From the human T2T-CHM13v2.0 reference genome, Homo sapiens, in the NCBI GenBank assembly GCA_009914755.4, contig CP068257.2, positions 25,920,001-25,984,000 of the forward strand: DNA of 64,000 nucleotides. Direction: 5' to 3'. The notes under the pieces were generated by a model. The model worked only from the letters and a program-made list of their open reading frames with translations. It ran no database searches and had not been told where the DNA came from. This document shows positions 52,524-64,000 of the stretch, piece by piece. Each line of letters begins with the position of its first letter. The first letter of the stretch is position 1. Made by a program: the position numbers and the translations under genes.

Positions 52524-54158
52524 TTTTTTTTTTTCTTTTCAACTTTTATTTTAGATTCAGAGGTTTAATAACTAGGAATATTGCATGATGCTAAGGTTTG
52601 GAGTAGGAATGATCCCATCATCCAGGTACTGAGCTTAGTACCCAACAGTTTTTAAATCCTTGCCCTCTTCCCTCCTTCCACCCTCTAGTAGTCTCCAATG
52701 TCTATTATTCCCATCTTTATATCTATGTGTAGTCAATGTTTACCTACCATTTATAAGTGAGAACACGTGGTGTTTAGTTTTCTGTTCCTGAGTTAATTTG
52801 TTTATGATAATGGCCTCCAGCTGCATCCATTTTGCTACAAAAACATGATTTCATTCTTTTTTATGGCCATGTAATAGTCCATGGTGTATATGTACCACAT
52901 TTCCTTTTTCTGATCCACCACTGATGGGCCCCTAGGTTGATTTCATGTCTTTTGTACTGCGAATAGTGCTGTGATGAATGTGAGTGCTTGTGTCTTTTAG
53001 GTAGAACAATTTGTTTTCTTTTGGACATATATCCAGTAATGAGATTGCTGAGTCAAATGGTAGTTCTACTTTAAGCTCTTTGAGAAATCTCTAAACTGCT
53101 TTTCACAGTGGCTGAGCTAATTTACATTCTCACCAACAGCATATGCCTCTCCTGTTCTCTGCAGACTTGCCAGCATCTGTCGGTTTTTTATGTTAATAAC
53201 AGCCATTCTGACTGGAGCGAAATGGTATCACATTGTGGTTTTGATTGGATTTTCCATGATGATTAGTGATGTGGAGCATTTTTTAAAGTTTATTGGCCAT
53301 TTGTATATCTTCTTTTGAGAAGTGTCTTTTCATGTTCTTTGCCCGTTTTTAATGGAGTAGTTTGATTTTTGCTTCTTCAATTGTTTAAGTTCTTTATAAA
53401 TTTTGGATATTAGACTGTTGTTGGATGCAGAGTTTTTGAATATTTTCTCCCATTCTGTAGGTTGCCTGTTTATTCTGTTGATAGTTTTTTTTTGCTGTGC
53501 AGAAGCTTTTTTGTTTGATTACATCTCACTTGTTGATTTTTGTTTTTATTGCAATTGCTTTTGGGGACTTAGTAATAAATCCTTTCCCAAGGCCAATGTC
53601 CAGAATGGAGTTTCCTAGGTTTCCTTCTGGGAGTCTTACAGTTTGAGGTCTTACATCTTAAGATAAAACCATCTTAAGATGTAAGACCTCAAAAAACAAT
53701 ATCCATCTTGAGTTGATGTTTGTATATGGTGAAATGTGGGGATCCAGTTTCATTTCTCTGCATATGGCTAGCCAGCTACCCCAGCATTATTTATTGAATA
53801 GGGAGTCCTTTCTTCATTGCTTATTTTTGTCAACTTTGTTGAAGATTAGATGGCTGTAGGTGTCTGGCTCCATTTCTGGATTCTCTTTTCTATTACATTT
53901 GTCTATGTGTCTGGTTGTATAGTATATGTAGAGTATCATGCCTTTCTGGTTACTGTCGCCTTAGAGTATAGTTTGAAGCTGGATAATGTTATGCCTCTGG
54001 CTTTCTTCTTTTTGCTTAGAGTGCTTTGTCTATTCAGCTTCTTTTTAGTTCTATGTGAATTTCAGAATAGTTTTTTCCAATTCTGTAAAAAAAAAAGATA
54101 CTGGTAATTTAATAGGAAAAGCATTGAATCTGTAGATTGCTTTGGGCGGTATAGTCAT
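52524..54158 (-). mobile_element. Old LINE-1 (L1M-type) 3' portion, antisense, ~1.6 kb
   Basis: T-run + 'cttttcaacttttattttagattcagaggt...' antisense L1 3' end; body '...ttttatggccatgtaatagtccatggtgtatatgtaccacatttcc...cagccattctgactggagcgaaatggtatcacattgtggttttgattgg...' is diverged L1 ORF2 region. Confidence 0.85.
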
Positions 54159-54846
54159 CAAATGCTTTTTACGCATCAGTTGATATGATCACATACTTTT
54201 TTTACTTTTGCTTGTTGATGTAGATTACATTGATTTACAAATACAGAATCAACATAGTATAAATCAAATAAATATCATAGGTTGTGGTACATAATTTTTT
54301 ATACATTGTTGAGTTTTATTTGTTTATATCTTGCTGATAATGTTTAAATGTGTTTATGAGAGATTTTGGTCTGTACTTTTCCTTTCTTGTAATGGCTTCA
54401 TCTGATTTTAGCACTACAATAATTCTGGTCTCCTAGAATAAGCAAAGAAGTAATCTCTGTGCTTCTATTTGCTGGAAGATAATGTGAAAAAATCTTATTA
54501 ACTTTTCCTTAAATGTTGGTGAAATTACTTTGATCTGGTGCTTTTTTGATGATTGTTAATTATTTACTCAATTTAAAAATAGATATAAAACATTTTAGGT
54601 CATTTTTCTGTATAGGCACAAGTTTTAGTAATTTGGGTTTATCAAGGAATTGGTCCAGTTTATATAATGTGCCACACTAGTGGGCGTATAGTTGTTTGTA
54701 GTATTTCTTCATTATCTTTTTAATAACTACAGAATCACTAGCTATGACATCATTTTCATTTGTGCTGTTGACAATTTCTGTCCTCGCTCTTTTTTCTTGG
54801 TTGGCTTAGAGTTTTTTCAACGTTGTTGATAATTCCAAAGAACTAA

Positions 54847-55215
<369 letters not shown>

Positions 55216-55804
55216 TTTCTGTTCTAATTTTTATTATTTCATTTCTTCTGCTAGCTTTCGGCTTAAGTCGCTCTTTTCTAATTTGCCAAAATTAGAAGCT
55301 TAATTACTGACCTAGATATTTCTTCTTTTCTAGTATGTGTATTTAATGTTACAAATTACCTTCTGAGCACTTCTTTCACTGTATCACATAAATTGCAATC
55401 GTCTTTTCATTTCATTAGTTGAAAAATACGTATTTTAAAATTTCACTTGAGACTTCCTTCACCCATGTTATCTAAAAGTGTATTGTTTAATCTCCAGATT
55501 TTATATGATTTTTAATCTATCTTTTGGTTTCTAATTGATTTCATTGTGGTATGAGAAAACACTTCGCAGGATTTCTGTTATTTTAAATTTGTTAAGTTTT
55601 ATTTTGTGGCCCACAATGTGGTCTATCTTGGTGAATGTTCTCTGTGAGCTATGGGAGAACACATATTATCTTGTTTGTTGATGGAGTACTTTCTAAATGT
55701 CAATTAGACTAACTTGGTTAACACTACTGTTAAAGTCAACTATACACTTACTGGTTTTTTGCCTGTCTGATCTATCAATAATACAAAGGTATTGAGGTCT
55801 CTTC

Positions 55805-56165
55805 TATGGACTGAATGTTTGTGGCCTCCCACCCCACAATTCTTATGTTAAAAAACTAATCCCCAGTGTGAATTTGGAGGTGGTTAGGCCATGAGGGTTT
55901 CTTCCTAATAAATGGGACTACTGCTCTTATAAAAGACTCCAGAGACCTCCCTTACCCTTTCACCATGTAATACACTGAATATGTGGCTATTTATGAGCCA
56001 GGAAGAAGTGTGGGTGGGGGGCTTTCACACGACAACGTATCTGCTGAAATCTGGATTTTGGACTTCTCAGCCTCTGGAAATGTGAGAAATAAATTTGTAT
56101 TACTTATAAGCCACCCAGTTTATGGTGTTACTGTTTTAGCAGCCTGAACAGACTAAGTTTCTAAC
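55805..56165 (+). mobile_element. Old interspersed repeat, family A (near-complete copy); family name not asserted
   Basis: 'ggactgaatgtttgtggcctcccaccccacaattcttatgttaaaaaactaatccccagtgtgaatttggaggtggttaggccatgagggtttcttcc...ggattttggacttctcagcctctggaaatgtgagaaataaatttgtattacttataagccacccagtttatggtgttactgttttagcagcctgaacagactaagtttctaac'. Confidence 0.5.
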
Positions 56166-57488
56166 TATAACAATAGTTATATTGTTAGTTGGGCAAATAG
56201 TTGGATTCATCTATTGTTTCTTGTAGTTCTTTCAGTTCTTGCATTCTGTTGTTAAATGCAGACATGCTAAGTATTATTTATCTTTAAGAGAGTTTATTTC
56301 TTTATCACTGTTTAACACTCCTTTTTATCTTTAATACTCTCTTGTTCTGAAGTCAGCTGTGTCTTAAATCAATGTAGTTGTTTCAGCTTTCTTTTAGTTA
56401 TTGTTAGCATGGTGTATCTTTCTCCATTCATTTAATTTTAATTTCTATGGGTCATTATATTTACAGTGGATTTCCTGTAGGCAATATATAGTTGGGCCAT
56501 TTTATTTTTTGTCCACTCTGACAATCTTTTTATTTTAATTTGTGTGTTTAGACCATTAACATTTAAAGTGATTATTAATATAGTTGCATTAACATCTACC
56601 ATGTTTGTAACTGATATTCATTGCATTTGTTCTGTTTCTTTCCTGCCACACTATTTTTCTGCCTTATATGACTTTAATTGAGCATTATATATGATTTCAT
56701 TTTATTTCTTCTCTTAGCATGTCAATTGTACTTTAAAATACTCTGCTAATTAAAGTATTAAAATGCTTTACTCTATTGTTGCCATAGAGTTCTTTATATA
56801 TAATACATTTTTACCCACTGAAAATCCACCTGCAAATAAGACAGTAATATTTCACATGTAGTGCGGATAACTTCTAACAAAGTATTTCTAATTCCCCCTC
56901 CCACCTTTTATAAAATTACTATGATTCTTTTCACTTATGTATATGCCAGAATTTTGGAATGCATGATTCCTATTATTGTTTTAAAGTTGTTATTAAAAAT
57001 GATAAAAAAATGAAAAGAAGTATTTTAACTTTTTTTGTTCATTTACTGCCATTCTTCTTTTCTTTATGTAGATATAACTGTCTGACCTGTGTGCATTTTA
57101 ATCTCCCTAAATAATTTTATTTTGACATTTCTGCGAATTGGGCAGATCTGATAATTATGAACTCGCTTAGTATTGTCTTCTGAGGAAGGCTTTATTCTCT
57201 ATTTCTGAAGCATAATGTTACTGGATAAAGAATTCTGACTTGGTAACAACTTTCTTTAAATACGCTAAGTAATTCACTGCACCTTCTTTTTGGATCACTT
57301 CTAATATCTAATATACTTTTTATTCCTATTATTCTATAGTATTATTGTTTTCCTCTGGCTTCTTTCAAGATTTTATCTTTGTTTGATTTTCTGCAGTTTG
57401 AATACATTATGCCTATATATACATTTTTTAGGTATATCCTGCTTGAAATTTTCTGACCTTTCTGGATCTGTGGTTTAGTGTTTGTCAT

Positions 57489-57811
57489 TGATATGGTTTG
57501 GCTGTGTCCCCACCCAAATCTCATCTTGGCGTGTAGTTCCCATAATCCCCATGTGTTGTGGGAGGGACTTGGTGGGAGGTAATTGAATTATGGTGGTGGT
57601 TTCCCCCTCACTATTCTCATGATAGTAAGTTCTCACAATATTTGATGGTTTCAGAGGGGGCTTCCCCATTTGCTTTGTTCTCATTCTTCTCTCTCCTGCC
57701 ACCATGTGAAGAATGAAGTGTTGCTTCTGTGAGTCAATTAAACCTCTTTCCTCTATAAATTACTCAGTCTTGAGTATAGCTTCATTGGCAGAGTGAGAAC
57801 GAACTAATACA
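57489..57811 (+). mobile_element. THE1/MST-type (ERVL-MaLR) solo LTR, TG...CA termini, 5-bp TSD GTCAT
   Basis: 'tgatatggtttggctgtgtccccacccaaatctcatcttgg...tgttgtgggagggacttggtgggaggtaattgaatt...ctcctgccaccatgtgaagaatgaagtg...gtgagtcaattaaacctctttcctctataaattactcagtcttgagtatagcttcattggcagagtgagaacgaactaataca'; GTCAT at 57484-57488 and 57812-57816. Confidence 0.8.
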
Positions 57812-60800
57812 GTCATCCATTTTTTAAAGTCTTGGCCAATTTCATTTTAAATTTGTCTTATTTAATTCTTTCTTCCCTTTATGTTTTTCCAATTATGTAT
57901 ATTATATCTTTTTAACTTGTCCTACAGTTCTTAGATATTCTGTCTTTTTATTTTATTGTCAGTTTCTTTTTTCTCTTTGCATTTCATTTAGGAGGTTTCT
58001 ATAGCCACATGATCCAGCTCACTGATTCTTTTCTCAGCTGTGTCGAGTCTGCTGATGAGCTAATCAAAGCCATTCTTCATTTAGATTGGTGATTTTTATT
58101 TCTATCATTTTCTTTTACTTTATTATAATATTTTTATAGCTTTTTTACATTACCTACCTGTTCTTTTACATTGTTAGTTTTTTTTCCATTAGAGCTTATA
58201 ATGGGTTAATTACAGTTATTTTAAATTCCTTATCTGATAATTTCAATATCAGTGTCATATCTGTGTCTGTTTCTGATGTTTGCCTTGTGTCTTCAGACTG
58301 TGGGGTTTTTTTCTTGCCTTTTATCATGCTTTTATTTTTTGTTTAAATCTGGACCTCATGTATTGGGTAATAGGAACTGAGATAAATAGTCCTTTAGTGA
58401 AATGGTTTATGGTGATCTGGCTAAAAATTGAGCTTTGTTTATTGTGTGCCATAGGCGTAGGTACCAGAAGCTTCAAATTTCTTTAGTCTGTTTGATTTTG
58501 TCTTCCCTGTTGTCTCTGAGATTTGCTAAGAACTCATCCTTAGATAAAGTTTTGTCATGCAGCAATTTTGTCTGTAATCCACTATTGGTAACCTGGATCC
58601 TTGCTGGTATTGGGGTAAGGTGTGAGGGAGGGTAAGTTTTCCATAATATCATGATTAAATCTCAGTATTTTAACTAGTATCTCACCTTCACAACTACTTC
58701 TTGGCATTTACTTCACCATTAGGTGAAACAGGAAGGCTAGAATGGGCTGGAGAAGGGCAAATACACTTTCCCATGGAGAGAAGGCCTTTGCTGTCAAAAA
58801 CATTCTAGATGTATTTAACAATGGCTCCTTTTCTTTATCCCTTCCAGAGCCACATATGAAGATTTTTTGACTCTTCACCATAAGATGTAGGTGCAGTTCC
58901 TGGAGATTGAACCCATGAAAGTGTAGGGAACCCCTTAGACTGTGACCTTCAGGAGTTTCTCACTCTCAAAGTAGTCTACAGTCAACCTCCCGGAATTTGT
59001 CATTATTACCACTCACGTGTTCATACCAGTTTATGGCTACAGAAACGTCTTCCCCAGATAAAGCGATCTTACTTGAGACTCTCGGATTTCATATTTCTTA
59101 GAATTTCAGGGTAGTGGTTTTCTCTGTAATCCTGTTCCTCTGATGAGTCCAAGAAAAGTTATTCGTTTTCAGTTTGTTTAGTTTTTTGTGTTTTAAGAAC
59201 GCATACAATTTACGATCTCTTTATGTATTGGAGTTAACAGTGAAACCACTTTCTTTTTAATATTATTAATTTTGATAGCAAAATATGATAGAGAAGATAA
59301 AACAGCATTGCATCATTAAATATATTTTCATTATAGTAGTTTTCATACAAGTTTATATTAATAATATTAAATTGACACTAATGTTTAAACTTCATGACTA
59401 TCAAGTGAATACACACAAGACTTTTTAAATGAACCCTAAGATATAGTCACATTGATTGTATCAACATGAACTATCCTAGAATTGCTCAAAGATTCAAAAG
59501 AAATGCTATATAAACCTTATTACAAATAGAATTCTTCCATGTGAATAATAGAATAATGTGAAATATTATTATAAATATAGATTTCATGAACCTAATTTTT
59601 TTCTTTTTTTAAAATATATTTAGCTATAAAAAATGGCATGCCTAACTTTATTTGATAGTGATGGGGTCATTTGAGTTGCCCTTTGCAGTATTACTTTTTT
59701 TAGAAAGACATTAGAAAATTATAAATCTATATGTGTGTATATATGTATGTAGATTTGTAGAATGTGTAATAAATAATTATGTTACATTGAAGGCAGGCTG
59801 AGTATATTTTTCCAGTTAAAAAATTAGTAAACTATGTATTTTATATATCCAGATCAGCAGTCAGCAAAACCCTGGCCTATAGTCCAATCCAACTCACAGC
59901 TTTTTTTTAAGATAATGTTTTACTGAAACATAGCCACCTCGTTTATTTACATGTTGTTTATGGCTTCTTGCAAAGCTGAAAAAGCAGAGTTTAGTTGCAA
60001 TCGAGACCTTATAGACTCCCAAGCTAGAATATGTATTATTGTTCCCTTTGCAGAAAAAGTTTCTCTATCCGTATTCTACATACAACATCATTTAACTTAA
60101 TGTACCAGAATTTAAAATGTAAACATAGAATATGTTGATTAACTATTGGAATTTAATGAAAAACACTTAAAACTTCTAAAAGCGTGTTTATTTTTTAAGA
60201 GAATATGTAGTTATGCTTTAGTATTTATTTATTTGTATTTTCACAACATAGGAAATATTGGCGCATTGAATCTAATTTTATGGTACACTAAAATGTTCGT
60301 ATCATTGCACATAACTAATCACGATGGATGTAACAAAAGCAAAGGGAAAATACTAATATGAGATGTTTAGTGATACCTGCTATTTTATACACAAATTCAT
60401 AAAATAAAACACTTGAGAGCCTTCTTTAGCATTAAATAGGTATTACATAATTGTACATTTTTAAATGTATATACTTATGTATGTATATTTTTTAAATATA
60501 TGTGTTAGGACAGTTGGATTTAAGAACTTTGGTTTCATCTATTACATATCTATTTCTTCCCTATATGTAATAGATGAAAAGATTTTCATCGGTAAGTTCG
60601 TTTTTTCTTTCTTTCCAAGCACTAGCATGATAAATAAACAATTTCAAAGGGAACTTCTAAATACTGCTTTCCACATAAAGTTAAAAAATTAAGTGTGACT
60701 CAAATCCTGTGCTCATGGGCCATTTAGTCTTTTTCCTGACTTGTAACAAGCTCACATGTGACCTTGGAAATCTGTACTTGTCATGAAGTTTGAGCTTTCC

Positions 60801-63221
60801 GTTAGGTTGGTGGATGCAGTGAAAATTTATTAGTTAAAGTAAGGAAGCAGTTAATAGGCATGGCATGGTCAAGTCATAAACAACACTCTTTTACTGAGAC
60901 CAAAAGTTTGGTAGTCTGGCCTTACTCTAAATTATACTTAAACCAAGGAACTAAAAGAGCAAAATTCCAGCCCTGACTCAGTGTTCACAGGAATTCATAA
61001 TCGTAATTGAGAATGAGAGCTTTCAAAAGAGGTAGACAAGGATATTTGGGGGATTTCATTACAAATGTTTCAATTTACTTTTTAAATGATGCTCAAACCA
61101 AATATATATTCTGTTTTACTAGATGCAAAGGTACCAGTTTACCTTCACATTCCTTGATCTAAAAAGGTACACATATTTAAAACAAAGCTTTAGTACATAT
61201 ATGTCAAATTGTCGATTTCTGTTTCAGTTTCCCAACTATCTTCATCAACTTTAAGCATTATATATCTGTGTATGGGCCACTTTTTGCGATAAACGCAACT
61301 TGTGTTAGTTTGGAGCCACACATCCTTCTTATCCAGGTTCCCAGGTGGCCCCAGCAATCCTACCAGCCACAACCAAGTTCCCCATTGCCCAAGAGTATAT
61401 AGAATTTGGTGAAATAAAATTGTTTTTTTTTAAATTTGGAGTTCCACCCACCAAAACATACCAAAACATTTGTGCTCATTCTCTCAAGATTGTTCTCTGT
61501 TTCTATTACAGGACCCATCTGAATTTTTAGTGCCTTTATGGAATTTCTGTACTTTGACCAACCAGAAGAAGGACTATTTTTGTTAAAGAATGTTCATCCG
61601 AGCCATTCCAAACATGCCATAGAAGCAACTGACTATTGAAGGAGACACCCTTGCTTTGACATTTTATAACAATGATCTATGTAATACTTAAGACTCTTTA
61701 AATTTGAGATAATAGAAAATGTAACTCAAACTAGTTTAAACAATAAAGTGAATTTATTGGCTCATCTACCAGAGGAGTACAAAGGCTTGTGCTTGTTTAT
61801 TTGAGGTTGCTACTCATCAAAGATTCTTCATTTAGTCTACTCTGCCTTCCTCAAAGAGCCTCACACTAAGGCTGGCTTCCTTCTTTTCAGGAATGAAATA
61901 ACCACAGCAGGAATAACATTTATACCTTGCAACACTTCAAAAGGTTTAAAGAAAGAGCGTGCAATTCTAGAAATGGTTTTCCCAGTTTCATTAGCTGAGC
62001 TTTGTTAAAGTTCAGTGGCTTCTCAATGGTATTATGCCAGTTGGCTGAATTCTGACACAACAAGCTCCACCATAAGACACAGGTGTGAGAAGGAAGTGCA
62101 AACACTCGGATGAAAAAATAGGGCAATTCTCAAGAGAAGGTGTTATGATTGGTAAGGAGACGTGATGGTTCATTTTATGTGTCAACTTGATTGGCTCATG
62201 TGGTGCTCACATACTGGCCTAAAATTATATTGGTACATATCTGTAAAAGTGTTTCTGGATGAGATTAGCATTTGAATCTGCAGACTGAATACAGCTGATG
62301 GCCCTCCCTAACTAGTGTGGGCATTGGCCAGTCAGTTGAGGGCCTGAATAAAGCAAAAGGTGGAGGAAGGGTAATATCTTTTTATTCTCTGCCCTACTGC
62401 TTGAGCTGGGAGATCAGATTTCTCCTGCCCTTAGACTGGACTTACACCGTTGGTGCTCCTGACTCTCAGGCCTTCAAATGGGGACTGAAACTACACCATT
62501 AGCTTTTCCAGGTCCCTAGCTTGCAGATGGCAGATCATGGGGCGACTCAGCCTTCACAATTACACGAGCCAAAACCTTATAATTAATCTTATAGCTCTGT
62601 GTGTATATGTATGCTATATATACACATATATATTTATATGGCTATGTAGCTATGTATATTTTCTTTTATCCTATTGGTTCAGATTTTTTAAAGAATCCTG
62701 ATGAATACAGGAAGTAATGAGAATGTCCATGACATTCAAAATCATGAAATGATGCTTATAACCTAATGATAAATTGTAACTCTGTTTCTTAATCTTATGA
62801 GTGTCTCTATTTTACCAAATAATCCAGTCAACCAATAAAAGCCATCATGAACTGGTAGATTAAAAAGTTTTTCACTTTCAAGTTATCAAGAACACTTTTC
62901 AATAATTCATGGAAAATTCACTTCAGCTCACGCATATATTGGTATGTCTTTCTTCCCTAAAGTAGAAGAAACCAGGAGGAAATATTTCAATTTGATTACA
63001 CAAAGAAAATGGTTTCTGTATGCAGAAACAAACCTCAGAACTTACTTTAAAAAAAGACTAATAGTGCAATTCACTATACTTATTTTGAGCTACTTTACCT
63101 GAACACCAAATACTAAATTAATGGAAAGCATAATGATCACAACGAAAAATCAATCTTTAAAAATAGAGACAAATCTTTCTTTCATATTTATGTACTGGTC
63201 TGGGAAGCAATTAAAAATGGA

Positions 63222-63471
<250 letters not shown>

Positions 63472-63741
63472 TCAATGAAGGAATGATATTTATCTTTTTT
63501 TTTTTCCAATAGTGGCATTTTTAGCTTAATCTGAAAACAAAATTTACTAGGAGTCTTTAACCAATTTACATTTTTTTCTCTTCTTCACATATTCCTTTCT
63601 GAAAAAATAATAACCTCTATTTGATTGAAGCCCATAATCATGTCTAAAATCACCTTGCTCTTTGTGTACATTTATCCATACATATTTACTGAGAGCCTCC
63701 TACTTGACTGGCATTGGATTTTGAATCAGGAAATAAAATAG

Positions 63742-64000
<259 letters not shown>

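Overview
This window is primate, most likely human, non-coding DNA: AT-rich and CpG-depleted, with no protein-coding gene I can support. At least 35–40% of it is recognisable interspersed repeats, and much of the rest looks like older decayed repeats. The recognisable repeats are: about 14 Alu SINEs in both orientations; several LINE-1 elements; a MADE1 mariner MITE; a THE1/MST-type solo LTR; two other old repeat families I recognise by motif but will not name; and several microsatellites, minisatellites and large polypurine tracts. The L1 copies include a young L1PA 3' portion carrying ORF2 remnants, a 5'-inverted 'twin-primed' L1, a full-length ~6.4 kb L1 nested inside an older L1, and an old L1M-type element. 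Every ORF of 60 aa or more in the supplied track is explained by L1 ORF1/ORF2 remnants or by low-complexity repeats. I found no CRISPR array, no operon-like gene arrangement, no rRNA or tRNA gene and no prokaryote-style system; claiming a novel biological system here would not be supported. The observations that deserve a second look are:
- a four-layer nested retroelement cluster at 38.4–47.3 kb with readable target-site duplications (TSDs);
- a twin-primed L1 at 19.35–19.96 kb with a perfect 12-bp TSD;
- an isolated CpG-dense patch at ~25.7–25.87 kb inside CpG-poor sequence;
- a splice-site-flanked non-repetitive segment at 28.6–29.05 kb that could be a non-coding exon;
- long polypurine·polypyrimidine tracts at 12.5–13.2 kb and 27.07–27.34 kb;
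- several small local duplications, triplications and palindromes.
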